Source: Gemmatimonadota bacterium (lineage in GTDB: Bacteria; Gemmatimonadota; Gemmatimonadetes; Gemmatimonadales; GWC2-71-9). Taken from it: a stretch of 47,047 nt of DNA. Positions 10,371-19,826 of the stretch are shown one piece after another; within the stretch, counting starts at the first letter, position 1; each line of letters starts with the position of its first letter. A model generated the notes under the pieces. The model was not told the origin of the DNA and did not search any database. It saw nothing but the letters and a program-made list of their open reading frames with translations. The DNA is taken from positions 1 through 47,047 of the forward strand of contig JBDHAB010000020.1 in the NCBI GenBank assembly GCA_039588295.1, in the 5' to 3' direction. The position numbers and the translations under genes are program-made.

Positions 10371-10398
10371 ATGAAGCCAGAATGAAAGTCCTATGAAA
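10371..10398 (-). promoter_or_regulatory. Three 11-bp-phased direct repeats (ATGAAR), candidate response-regulator binding site
   Basis: ATGAAG 10371, ATGAAA 10382, ATGAAA 10393 in an AT-rich patch 60-90 bp upstream of the oxidase start. Confidence 0.5.
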
Positions 10399-10486
10399 AC
10401 GCTCGGCTTGCGCTGGGCTACGACGCTTCGAAGAGCTCGTTGATGCTCGAGCGCCCGCGAAGCGCCGAGCGGGATCCCACGGCCGG

Positions 10487-12487
10487 CTAGACGAGCCGCC
10501 AGTGCGCCAAGAAGCCAACAAAGCTCACGCAGGCCACGGCAACCATGGTGTAGTGGATCCGCGACGCGATGCCCCACCAGGCACGACGCCAGGCGGCTGC
10601 CGCGAGAAGAAGCGCCGCTATCCCCAAAAGCAAGACGAGCCACGGGACGAGGAAGAGCGGCGCGGCGGCTTCCGGGACGCCGAAGGCGAGAATCAGGGGA
10701 GTGGTCTTCGAGGTTCGAAGCACTGTCCACACCAACCCAGCTAGAAAGCCGACCGCCGCCACGACGGCCACGCCAGCGACCCAGCGGGCAGGCACTTCCC
10801 AACTGGTAGCCGAACTCGGGCGCTTGCGTACGCGACGCCTGAGCCAGCTCAAGGGCCACACCAGCGCGGAGAGCATTATCAGCAGAGAGGCACCGAGCCA
10901 GAGAACGGTCACCACGCTCGGCCCACCGCGCAGTGCCGTCGCCATGCGATAGACGCCCCCGTTCACGTGAACGTCGGTGATGAACTTCACCGGCGCGCGT
11001 GCTTCATTACACTCTGTGTCGGGTGATGCGTTCGGGTGCGCAATGAAGTCGAGCATGATCTGTCGGGTGCACGCGTCCATCGGCACCCCGTGCGCGCCTG
11101 AGCGTGACACGACGCAGTAGCTATTGGACAGCGTCTCGGCCGCCAATCGTGCGTACGCCGGCGGCGTGATGGGATCGAACGCACCGCTCAAGAACAACGT
11201 GGGGATTGCACCGGCCGCAGGCGCAAGCTCATCCGGCGTGGCGCGAGCCTCGTGCCAGGCATCGCAATCGTCCAGGGTCGTACGTATCAGGCCGCCGTGC
11301 CCGGCCAGCCCCGGGGCCCGAGCTGCATCGGCCTGCAACGCGTCTGTGGTTCGGTAGGGTGCCCGCTCGTAGCACTCGACTGAGAGGTAGAGTCCCCGAT
11401 TGCTCACGCCAATGCCACGCTGGGCGGCCACATCGATGGCGGCCTGCAGCGCGTATCTGTTTCGGTTCGCGAACACGTCGATGACGAGCGGTACCAGTGG
11501 GATCGTGAGTTCCCGGTACAGCGCATTGAAGATGCCGATGGCAGCCACGGCGCCGTTCACCACCATGCGACCGCTCGGGAACATCTCCGTGTGCGACGTC
11601 CCGATGACGAGCGGCTCGCGGTCGAGGTCGTCGAGCATGGCGCCGAACCGGCGCTCCAGGTCGGGGTAGGCCGTCGCGCACTCGGAATCCACTGCACACG
11701 CGTTGAACACCTCCTGTAGAGCGCGATCGAAGTTGGCCAGCACTTCCTCCGGCGCGTTGGGTGGGCTTACCGCTTCGAGGACCACACTGCGAATTCCCTG
11801 CGGTTGGTCGCGCATCGTCACGAGCGCGAGGCGAGTCCCGTATGACACACCGTAGAGATTCCACTCGTCGTAGCCGAGTGCCACGCGCAGGGCAGCCAGG
11901 TCCCTGGCACTGCTCGCGCTGTGGTACGCCCCAAGGTCGACACCCGCGGCGACCATCCGCCCTCGGCATTCCGACATCGCTTGGCGCACGCGGGAGCGGC
12001 GCTCGTCCTCCGGTAACCCTGCGAAGAACGTCTGGGTAATCGGCGCATCCAAGTTTGGGCAGAACTCGGGCTCGGAGTACCCCGTACCTCGCTGGTCGAA
12101 GAACACGAGGTCGCGTTCGGAAAGCAGGCTTCGCCGGGGCCGGCTCGCCACAACCGCCCGGATCGAAGCCAGTGTCGAGCCGCCAGGGCCGCCGGCGAGG
12201 AATACCACCGGGTCGGGCCTCGGCGATTCGCTGGTACTGCGCGCGACGGCCGCGGCGATACGCAGCCTGCGGCCACCTGCTACATCCCACCGCTCCGGTA
12301 CGATGAGATACCCGCACTCGATGCGCTCGCGCTCGAGCCACTCTCCGCCCTGGAACGGGCACTCACCGCTCTCGAAGCGAGGTGGGGGTTCCTGCGCTCG
12401 GGCTGGGTCGGTGGAGATCGAGATGGCGGAGAAAGCGACCGCGACCAAGGCGCCGGCGACGGCCGGCGTCTGGGAAGGGGACGTCAA
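10487..12487 (-). CDS. Exported alpha/beta hydrolase (TAP-like/peptidase S33) with C-terminal TM helices; start uncertain
   Basis: FLAGGPGGS, FDQRGTGYSEP, nucleophile elbow GVSYG, DPITPP, GAHG, three C-terminal TM segments, signal-like AVAGALVAVAFSAI...ARA|QE. TTG 12487 is the nearest plausible start. The ORF-track extension to 12874 is a shifted frame of the ATPase remnant. Confidence 0.8.
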   Translation of the reverse strand: MTSPSQTPAVAGALVAVAFSAISISTDPARAQEPPPRFESGECPFQGGEWLERERIECGYLIVPERWDVAGGRRLRIAAAVARSTSESPRPDPVVFLAGGPGGSTLASIRAVVASRPRRSLLSERDLVFFDQRGTGYSEPEFCPNLDAPITQTFFAGLPEDERRSRVRQAMSECRGRMVAAGVDLGAYHSASSARDLAALRVALGYDEWNLYGVSYGTRLALVTMRDQPQGIRSVVLEAVSPPNAPEEVLANFDRALQEVFNACAVDSECATAYPDLERRFGAMLDDLDREPLVIGTSHTEMFPSGRMVVNGAVAAIGIFNALYRELTIPLVPLVIDVFANRNRYALQAAIDVAAQRGIGVSNRGLYLSVECYERAPYRTTDALQADAARAPGLAGHGGLIRTTLDDCDAWHEARATPDELAPAAGAIPTLFLSGAFDPITPPAYARLAAETLSNSYCVVSRSGAHGVPMDACTRQIMLDFIAHPNASPDTECNEARAPVKFITDVHVNGGVYRMATALRGGPSVVTVLWLGASLLIMLSALVWPLSWLRRRVRKRPSSATSWEVPARWVAGVAVVAAVGFLAGLVWTVLRTSKTTPLILAFGVPEAAAPLFLVPWLVLLLGIAALLLAAAAWRRAWWGIASRIHYTMVAVACVSFVGFLAHWRLV

Positions 12488-12881
12488 CCAGAAAGCACAG
12501 CCGGCGCAGGAACGCGCGATCCAACGCGCTCTTGCTATTCGTGGCCAAGATGGCCGGGCCCCGACAACCGTCCATCCGCTGTAACAGAAACTCCATCTCG
12601 ATGTTGGCATAGCGGTCGTGGCTGTTCTTGACCTCGGTTCGCCTTCCCAACAGCGCATGGGCTTCATCGAAGAACAGGGCGGCCCCGCCCTACTCGGCAG
12701 CGTCAAATACCCTCCGCAGGTTCTTTTCGGTTTCGCCGATGTACTTGCCAACCACTTCCGGCAAGTCGATAGGATGCAGATCGAGCTCGAGGCGGCTGGC
12801 CAGGATCTCGGCGGCCATCGTCTTGCCCGTGCCGTTGGGACCCGAGAACAAGGCACACCAGGCGCCGAGTTCAACCGTCAT
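12450..12881 (-). pseudogene. Truncated AAA+ ATPase remnant of the type found with extracellular contractile injection system loci (Afp15-like), with an in-frame TAG
   Basis: ALFSGPNGTGKTMAAE (Walker A)...[52 protein letters not shown]...LATN..SALDRAFLRRL...PFPDA. TAG at 12690-12692, both flanking parts in the same frame, N- and C-terminal regions missing. Confidence 0.85.
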
Positions 12882-13175
12882 GATAGGACACGAGTAGGGA
12901 GGCGTCCACATTAGCGTAGAAAGGAGCGCGCCGGCCGAAACGCGATACGTTGGGTCGATCTTACCGTTCGCACACGTTTCGCACACGACAGATTTGTGAT
13001 GTCGCAGTTTGTCTAGCGGGTCCTCGATATCGACATACTTTAGAATAGAAGCGTGTCGCCCATCTCATGATCAGGGAACCAGAGCCGGACGCCTCTCTAG
13101 GTGGCGCTCACAGCCAGCGCCCCTGCGTTCACGGCTGATCAGGTCAACACCGGCCCTTTCTAACTCGGAATTGAC

Positions 13176-14255
13176 ATGAAAGACAAAGTTGGCGTCGGAC
13201 TCATCGGGTCACAGTTCATCTCCACGATCCATGCGGAGGCCCTGCGGTCGGTCGGGGACGCGGAAACCCTGGCGGTCATGTCCCCGACTGCCGGACACGC
13301 ACGGAATTTTGCGAAGAAATACGACATACCCAATTACTTCACTGCCCTCGATGACATGTTGGCCATGGACGACATCGATATGGTCGTCGCAGGTGTCCCC
13401 AACTTCCTGCACTGTGAAATCACACTCGCAGCAGCGAAGGCCGGCAAGCATGTGGTGATGGAGAAGCCGTTGTGCATGAATCTGGACGAGGCCGATCGCA
13501 TGATCGCGGCCTGCAAAGAAGCGAACGTCAAATTGATGTATGCCGAAGAACTGTGTTTCACGCCAAAATACGTACGACTGAAGGGCCTATTGGATGAAGG
13601 TGCCCTGGGCAGGCCTGTGTTACTGAAGCAATCCGAGAAACACGATGGACCACATGCAGATCACTTCTGGGACGTGGAGCGATCGGGTGGAGGGGTAACC
13701 ATGGACATGGGATGCCATGCCATCGAGTTCTTCCGTTGGCTGAATGGCAGAAACCCCATCACATCCGTCTACGCACAGATGAGCACGAGTGTCCACACGA
13801 CGAAGACCAACGGTGACGACAATGCAATCATCATTCTCGAATTCGAGAATGGCGTCATCGCGGTCGCCGAGGAGAGTTGGACGAAGCTGGGCGGGATGGA
13901 CGACCGAGCCGAGATCCATGGCTCGGAAGGAGTAGCCTATGCCGACGTGCTACAAGGCAATTCAATCCAGACCTACAGCACGAAGGGCGTTGGCTACGCC
14001 GTCGAGAAGGCCGGCATCACCGCTGGGTGGAGCTTCACGATGTACGAGGAGATCTGGAATTATGGGTTCCCGCAGGAACTCCAGCATTTCGTGCACTGCG
14101 TGAAACATGACACGCAACCACTCGTGACAGGTGAAGACGGACGAGCAGTGCTCGAGGTTATTTTCGCGGCGTACGAATCAGCGGGCACCGGACGGAAAGT
14201 GATGTTGCCCTTTGCGACTGATGCCGACAAACCATACAAGCTCTGGAAGAAATAG
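13176..14255 (+). CDS. Gfo/Idh/MocA family NAD(P)-dependent oxidoreductase
   Basis: VGVGLIGS Rossmann start, AGKHVVMEKP, SGGGVTMDMGCH. Confidence 0.92.
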   Translation: MKDKVGVGLIGSQFISTIHAEALRSVGDAETLAVMSPTAGHARNFAKKYDIPNYFTALDDMLAMDDIDMVVAGVPNFLHCEITLAAAKAGKHVVMEKPLCMNLDEADRMIAACKEANVKLMYAEELCFTPKYVRLKGLLDEGALGRPVLLKQSEKHDGPHADHFWDVERSGGGVTMDMGCHAIEFFRWLNGRNPITSVYAQMSTSVHTTKTNGDDNAIIILEFENGVIAVAEESWTKLGGMDDRAEIHGSEGVAYADVLQGNSIQTYSTKGVGYAVEKAGITAGWSFTMYEEIWNYGFPQELQHFVHCVKHDTQPLVTGEDGRAVLEVIFAAYESAGTGRKVMLPFATDADKPYKLWKK

Positions 14256-14290
14256 TCTTCACGTGCCGAGAGACATACCCTGCTTGTAGC

Positions 14291-15016
14291 ATGAACATCA
14301 CCTATTGCGACGATTATGAACGTCTGAGCGTGCAGGCCGCCTCGCTCGTCATCTCCGAAACCGCGAAGCGAAAGAATCTGTTGATGTGCGCGACGAGCGG
14401 AAGCTCGCCGACCGGTTTGTATGATGAGTTGGCAAGAAAGGCTGAAGCAGATAAACCGTTCTTCGACGAGCTCAGGATAATCAAGTTGGATGAGTGGGGC
14501 GGCATTCCCGAGAATGACCTCGGATCGTCCGAGCAGTACCTGCGAACGCGGGTGTTGAATCCACTGGGAATCTCGCCGGAGCGGTACATCTCGTTTTCCT
14601 CAAACCCCGCGGCGCCTGCTGACGAATGCGAGCGAATCCGGTCCGAGTTGGCCCAGCGCGGTCCCATTGATGTGTGCTTATTGGGACTGGGGATCAACGG
14701 CCATCTTGGATTCAATGAGCCAGGGCCGTCTCTGAAACCCCATTGTCACGTGGCGCAGTTGTCAGAGGAATCCCGTCGACATGCCATGGTTCGGTCCATG
14801 GAGCGTAAGCCTGAGTTCGGGCTCACGCTCGGCATGCAGGAGATCTTGGCGTCGAGGAAGATTGTGCTGTTGGTGGCGGGTGAAGGAAAGGAGCAGGCAA
14901 TCACCGGGCTGTTGTCAGGAGAGGTGACGACGACCCTGCCGGCGTCATTTCTCTGGTTACATGACAACGTCGATTGTCTGATCGATCGGACGGTATTGGC
15001 CGATCAGGAGAAGTGA
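14291..15016 (+). CDS. Galactosamine/glucosamine-6-phosphate isomerase-deaminase family protein (AgaI/NagB-like)
   Basis: CATSGSSPTGLY, KLDEWGG, DVCLLGLGINGHLGFNEP, LTLGMQEIL, PASFLWLH. Confidence 0.9.
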   Translation: MNITYCDDYERLSVQAASLVISETAKRKNLLMCATSGSSPTGLYDELARKAEADKPFFDELRIIKLDEWGGIPENDLGSSEQYLRTRVLNPLGISPERYISFSSNPAAPADECERIRSELAQRGPIDVCLLGLGINGHLGFNEPGPSLKPHCHVAQLSEESRRHAMVRSMERKPEFGLTLGMQEILASRKIVLLVAGEGKEQAITGLLSGEVTTTLPASFLWLHDNVDCLIDRTVLADQEK

Positions 15017-15143
15017 CCGCCGGCTGTATCCTGTCCGATGGCGCGGCGTAGGGCCGTTGGCACGCGTGGTAGACAAGGTATGGGCCGTGTCCCGTGACGA
15101 ACGCAAAGAGGGGTTGTCGGAAACACAACGGGAGGATACCACC

Positions 15144-16316
15144 ATGTCGACGAAGAGGCGCGTAGCGATCGTTGTGATGCTGCTCGCCGCGGTGCAGTTC
15201 ACCGGGTGCAACGGCGAGACGTCGACCAACCCGCCGCCCCAGGCAAGCTGTATCGCGTCCGGCGATCAGGGGGACATCAATCAGGTCCTCACCCAGCGGG
15301 GCTCCGTGGCGGTCCTCTGTCAAAACGCCGTATTCGCGCTCACCGCGCCGATCGTGTTCACGCAAGACAGTCAGCAGATCTACACGGAAGGGTTCCCAAC
15401 CGACGACCGACGGGCGGTGCTCCGGATCGCGTCCGCGTCGGTGGTCACGGCGGTGGATATGGCCGACCGGTCCCACGTGGTCTTGCGGAACGTGATGGTG
15501 GATGGGAGCCGACCGACGTTTGGACACCGGAACGGCGAAGCGCTCATCCGCGCGGGCGGTTCCGTTGCCGGCCAGGTGGTCCGCAACGTCAAGGCGTTCG
15601 AGCCTCGGACCTGGTCCATCCTCCACCTGTTCGAGGGTGGCAACCCGAACTGCAGCGGCGCGGTTGTGGAAAACAACGAGTTCGGTCCGGCTGGTCAGTC
15701 AGACGGGACGTGGGCGGACGGCATCTCGCTGGCGTGCTCGAACAGTGTGGTCCGCAATAACGTCATCGCGGATGCCACCGACGGAGGCATCGTGATCTTC
15801 GCCGCGCCCGGTTCGGTGATCGAGAACAACGTGATCCGGGCGGACACTCGGGTCCTCTTGGGCGGCATCAACATGGTGGACTATCCCGTCTACGGGGGAG
15901 ACTACACGAACACCCGGGTGCGCAACAACGTCATCGACGCGGCCGGCGCCGTGATCCGCATCGGCATCGGTATGGGGTGGCGTGTCTGGGTCTGCTTCGA
16001 CCCGAACAGTCCTGAGGACCCCACGATCTTCGGCGGCGTCGTCACGAACAACACGCTCCAGGGCGACCACATGCAATACGGGTTCGCCGTCGACGGTGTG
16101 CGCGACTGGACGGTGACCGGCAACGTCGACCTGGCGACTCACTCCGGCGCCCCGACCATCGAGTGCAACGGACAGGTGGCGTCGCCGCCGGCCGGATTCC
16201 AGTTCCACAGCGCTCGGGCGGATGGAGTGTTTCAGCCCGAGTTCGCCGAGGCGTTTGTCGAGTTGGCGCTCTGGGCTATCGACAGTCCTCAGCCGGCGTC
16301 GGGCATAGCTTTCTAG
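15144..16316 (+). CDS. Secreted lipoprotein with right-handed parallel beta-helix repeats
   Basis: GGAGG RBS before ATG 15144, signal ending FTGC, beta-helix-like repeats (VVENNEFG, VVRNNVIA, VIENNVIR, RVRNNVID, VVTNNTLQ, TVTGNVD). Confidence 0.75.
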   Translation: MSTKRRVAIVVMLLAAVQFTGCNGETSTNPPPQASCIASGDQGDINQVLTQRGSVAVLCQNAVFALTAPIVFTQDSQQIYTEGFPTDDRRAVLRIASASVVTAVDMADRSHVVLRNVMVDGSRPTFGHRNGEALIRAGGSVAGQVVRNVKAFEPRTWSILHLFEGGNPNCSGAVVENNEFGPAGQSDGTWADGISLACSNSVVRNNVIADATDGGIVIFAAPGSVIENNVIRADTRVLLGGINMVDYPVYGGDYTNTRVRNNVIDAAGAVIRIGIGMGWRVWVCFDPNSPEDPTIFGGVVTNNTLQGDHMQYGFAVDGVRDWTVTGNVDLATHSGAPTIECNGQVASPPAGFQFHSARADGVFQPEFAEAFVELALWAIDSPQPASGIAF

Positions 16317-16364
16317 CCCGCCCGTTCGTTGGGCCGAAGGTCCACTATGCTAGCCCACCAACCA

Positions 16365-17852
16365 TCACTTGATTCGTAATGACCCGGGCAAGATGTCAAT
16401 CGATCGGTAATAACGGCTCACATCATGATCTGCCGCCGTTGTAGCCAATGCCGGCGCAGAGGGTAATGAGACAGCAACGCGCCCCGGCACGACGATGAAC
16501 GACTCAACATCGTGGCCGAAAGCGAACTCGCCGATGCCACTGCCCTGATAGGTGATCATCAGGATCAGCTCGTCCCCCTGCTCACCTCGAGGTTCGTTCC
16601 AGCCGTCGAAGGTCCAGTCGGTCACGCCGTGATAGTCAAACTCGGTTGAGGCATCGAATGTCGCCCAGGCAAATGAACTCTGGTTGACCTTGAGAGTGAC
16701 ATAGAAGTCCCCGCCATCTCCCCGCAAGAGCAGCTGAAACGTGAATACGTCACCCTTGAGAGCGTCATCGAGCACCGCTGACCATTCAACCGTCACACCG
16801 GGGTTGAGTTGCGCGATCCAGTTCTCTCCTGGAGGTGAAGTCTCCGTAGAAAGAAACAACTGGCTCCCATCGTAGCGTGGGAACAACCGCGTGGCCGGCT
16901 TCCCATTCCAGGAGCCCGAGCAGAAGGTAATCGGAATCCCTCCCCAACTCCCGTCCCACGAGCCGGAGACGAAGTCCCCGTTGAAGGTGCCTCGATGGCA
17001 CACCGCCAGGTCGTCGGGGTCGGGGTCGGAGGCAAGAGCGTTACAGAAGTAATCCAACTGATCGCCAGTGATCCCCCAGCCTGGATAGTCCTGAGTCCTC
17101 TTGGCGAATCCCCAGTACGTAGCAGTGCCACAACCGAATTCGTCCAAATAGTAGGTGATCTCGGTTATGCCAGTCCCTTCGGGATTCACGGTGAATACCA
17201 TGCCCATGACGCCAACATCCCATCCTGAACCGAGGTGGCGGCCCTGCCACAGGCCAGGCCAGGCCTCGGGAGGCACGTCCGCCTCCACGTATACCTCGAA
17301 GACAAACGTCTGCACCGTCGATGATACGTCCCATTCCCACGTCTTCGGCGCCGAGATGTCCCCGGTGCTCAGAATCTCCACGTACTCATGGTACGGCTGG
17401 CTCGAGCCCGTAAAGGCGCCCGTCCCGTCCGCATTACGCACCGTTACCGTGCCCGTGCCGCTCGTCACATCGGGGCCTGTGTGGAAGAACACCTTGACGC
17501 CTGTCGCCGTGCTGCCGTCCAGTGTTCCAAGACTTTGGCTCATGAGGTTCTGGACGGTCACATCTGCCTGGAATATCTCGGTGGCGGCACTGTAACTCAC
17601 GTTAGATGATGTGAGCTGAACGTACACGCCTTGACCGCCCACGATAATGGAAAGCTGCGGCGCGAACGATCCCTCCATCACCGGTGGCTCGCACGTGAGC
17701 GCTCCCGCACCCACATCGGCGCGGCACTGAACCATTTGCCGTCGGGGCTGTTCTAGCGGCTCGGCCGGTGCAATGGGTTCGTCAGCATCCCAGCACGCCA
17801 CGATGCAGGGCACGGCGAAGGCTGCGGCGACGCATGAGAGACTGGTTCGCAT
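16365..17852 (-). CDS. Secreted lipoprotein; N-terminal domain paralogous to 21496-22794, unrelated C-terminal region
   Basis: Lipobox-like IVAC. CRADV...C...GGQGVYVQLTSSNVSY...FQADVTVQNL...GTGTVTVRNADGTGAFTG..QPY...KTWEW...TFVFEVYV aligns by eye with the 21496-22794 product. Confidence 0.75.
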   Translation of the reverse strand: MRTSLSCVAAAFAVPCIVACWDADEPIAPAEPLEQPRRQMVQCRADVGAGALTCEPPVMEGSFAPQLSIIVGGQGVYVQLTSSNVSYSAATEIFQADVTVQNLMSQSLGTLDGSTATGVKVFFHTGPDVTSGTGTVTVRNADGTGAFTGSSQPYHEYVEILSTGDISAPKTWEWDVSSTVQTFVFEVYVEADVPPEAWPGLWQGRHLGSGWDVGVMGMVFTVNPEGTGITEITYYLDEFGCGTATYWGFAKRTQDYPGWGITGDQLDYFCNALASDPDPDDLAVCHRGTFNGDFVSGSWDGSWGGIPITFCSGSWNGKPATRLFPRYDGSQLFLSTETSPPGENWIAQLNPGVTVEWSAVLDDALKGDVFTFQLLLRGDGGDFYVTLKVNQSSFAWATFDASTEFDYHGVTDWTFDGWNEPRGEQGDELILMITYQGSGIGEFAFGHDVESFIVVPGRVAVSLPSAPALATTAADHDVSRYYRSIDILPGSLRIK

Positions 17853-17896
17853 GAAGCCACCCTCGTGATTTAGAGTATCGACCCCGTCGATGGCCG

Positions 17897-17969
17897 GTGG
17901 ACTCGTCGTCGGTGGGCGTCTAAGGGCAGAGCGTCGCTCTGGCGGCGGGGCCTCGAGGCCACTGGCAGG
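17897..17969 (-). promoter_or_regulatory. Conserved 5'-leader element, copy A
   Basis: About 52 of 74 positions match 23129-23202 by manual alignment, in conserved blocks with variable linkers. It lies between a candidate promoter (TTGGGG-17-CATGTT) and the 17852 start. Confidence 0.6.
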
Positions 17970-18065
17970 TCCGAGATCAGCGGCCCAACATGGGGCAATT
18001 CAGGAAAAGCCCCAAGGACGGGAATTGTTCAGTTTGGATTGGGCTTCTTCATGTGCCAGACTGGA

Positions 18066-18108
18066 TAAAGAGAGAGCCCCGAACGCCCAAGTGACGCTCA
18101 GAGCTCTC
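18066..18108 (-). terminator. Intrinsic terminator after the fibre genes
   Basis: Minus-strand RNA GAGAGCUCUGAGCG-N9-CGUUCGGGGCUCUC forms a 14-bp stem (three G-U pairs, so it is fully paired only on this strand), followed by UCUUUA. Confidence 0.75.
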
Positions 18109-18134
18109 GTTCCTTGGAACCTCAGCGGATCAGC

Positions 18135-19826
18135 TCATCGCTGCGCGGTGCGGTCCTCCTCCAGCGCTGCCACCCGCTCGCGGAGTGCCTCGATCGCGCG
18201 CTGCATCGCCTCGATCGAGGCTTTCAGCGTCTGGTTCTCCGCCTGAAGGTCACGCGTGCGGCCTTCCAACGCCTGCACCCCAGCGAGGGTCACTCCGTCG
18301 ATATCCACTCCGTTGATAAGCCGCTCGTCTTCACCGAGGCCGAATGCGGCATGGAGATCCTGCGCCATGGGGCCGAGGTGGCGTATCGAAGGATCCTGGG
18401 CCTTGTAGTTCCAACTCTGCATTGACAGACTTGCGATCCCTTCCAGGAGCGCTTCGCCGTCAACGTTGGCGAAGTTCTCCTTCAGCGCCCGATCGGAGAT
18501 GCTGGACCAAGCACCCGCGCCGGGCACGAGCCGGGCGCCCTGGGTCATTGCCGAGTTGCTGTAGAAATACACCCCACCCGCGGCACGCACGGTGAACGAG
18601 TTATTAGTGGGGGAATTGACCGTACTCGTGGTCGATGCGTCGCCGTACACGAACGCACCCGACCCGCTGGCAACTGCATAGGTACCCATCACCGTGGAGT
18701 AATTGGCGGTTTCCGCAATCCCGGTGGTGAAGCCCATCGCCGTGGAGTAATTGCTCCTGGCATTGGTGTTGCGGCCCATCGCCGTGGAGTAGTCGCCGCT
18801 GGCCGTGGTGCTGTAGCCCATGGCCGTGGAGACGCTACCGCTGGCCGTGGTGTTCCAGCCCGTCGCCGTGGAGAAGTCACCGCTGGCGATGGTGTTGAAG
18901 CCCATCGCGGTGGAAATGTCGCCGCTGGCATTGGTGCTGTTTCCCATCGCCGTGGAGCTGCCGCCGCTGGCTGTAGTGAAGTAGCCGATCGCCGTGGAGC
19001 TGGCGCCGCCGGCCGTGCTGTTGAAGCCCGTCGCCAGCCTGCCCGCGATGGTGAGGTCGCCATTCTTGCGCAGCGTGAGGGCGTTCGAGCGATCGGCGTC
19101 ATCGGTCCCGTTGCCGACCACGAGCAGCGGGTCGGTCGCGATCCAGCTAGTCTGGGAGCCCTCGACCACGTTGTACTGACCCAGGGCGAGCGACGCGTAC
19201 GCCTGGGCCGTGGTGCGGTGGCCCATCGCCGTGGCTTCATGACCGCTCGCCGTGGTGCTCGCCCCCATTGCCGTGGCACGGAGACCGCTGGCAGTGGTGC
19301 CGCTGCCCATCGCGGTGGAAAAGTCGGCGCTGGCCGTGGTATTCTCGCCTAGCGCCGTGGAGTAGTCGTTGCTGGCGTTGGTCCAGCCCCCCAACGCCGT
19401 GGATGTGTAGCCGCTGGCTGTGGTGGAGTAACCCATCGCCACGGAGTAGTCGCCGCTAGCCGTGGTACCCAGGCCCATCGCAGTGGAGGCGTCGCCGCTG
19501 GCGATAGTGTTGGTGCCCATCGCTGTAGAGTAGTCGCCGATATTGGTGGCATCCCACTGAGCTCCACTCACCCGACCTGCCCGGAAGGCGGCTCCTCCAG
19601 GCCACCACATGAGCCGGATGCCAGCCCCGGTAGCAGGGAGCGGCCCGCCGTTAAAGGGACCGAGCGCAACCAAGTCACCATCCTCATTGACCTGCATCAC
19701 CTTCGTGCCGTCGCTCTTCTCGAGCTCGAGCAACAGGGTTTGGGCCATGGCGGGTGCGGCGAGCCCCAACACCGCCACACCGGTCACGACGGTAAGCCAA
19801 AGGGGCACGCGATTCATTGCTTGCAT
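18135..19826 (-). CDS. Secreted fibre/adhesin-like protein: signal peptide, 14-aa YadA-head (Hep_Hag)-like repeats, Peptidase_S74 autoprocessing chaperone, coiled coil
   Basis: Signal ...LAAPAMA|Q, two arrays of STAMGxxTTASGxx repeats, ISDRALKENF...WNY...HLGPMAQDL, C-terminal heptad coil. Confidence 0.85.
   Translation of the reverse strand: MQAMNRVPLWLTVVTGVAVLGLAAPAMAQTLLLELEKSDGTKVMQVNEDGDLVALGPFNGGPLPATGAGIRLMWWPGGAAFRAGRVSGAQWDATNIGDYSTAMGTNTIASGDASTAMGLGTTASGDYSVAMGYSTTASGYTSTALGGWTNASNDYSTALGENTTASADFSTAMGSGTTASGLRATAMGASTTASGHEATAMGHRTTAQAYASLALGQYNVVEGSQTSWIATDPLLVVGNGTDDADRSNALTLRKNGDLTIAGRLATGFNSTAGGASSTAIGYFTTASGGSSTAMGNSTNASGDISTAMGFNTIASGDFSTATGWNTTASGSVSTAMGYSTTASGDYSTAMGRNTNARSNYSTAMGFTTGIAETANYSTVMGTYAVASGSGAFVYGDASTTSTVNSPTNNSFTVRAAGGVYFYSNSAMTQGARLVPGAGAWSSISDRALKENFANVDGEALLEGIASLSMQSWNYKAQDPSIRHLGPMAQDLHAAFGLGEDERLINGVDIDGVTLAGVQALEGRTRDLQAENQTLKASIEAMQRAIEALRERVAALEEDRTAQR

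Noticed and set aside
12690..12692. TAG as pyrrolysine or programmed readthrough
   Set aside because: Other genes here end in TAG normally, no pyl genes are seen, and the ATPase is also truncated and degenerate.
13066..13142. Possible structured RNA closed by TGATCAG/CTGATCA upstream of the oxidoreductase
   Set aside because: It has a short stem, no recognisable riboswitch or attC consensus and no second copy to support it.
18700..19520. 42-bp periodic repeats as a CRISPR array or diversity-generating retroelement
   Set aside because: They are in-frame coding repeats (STAMGxxTTASGxx) with no unique spacers, cas genes or reverse transcriptase.
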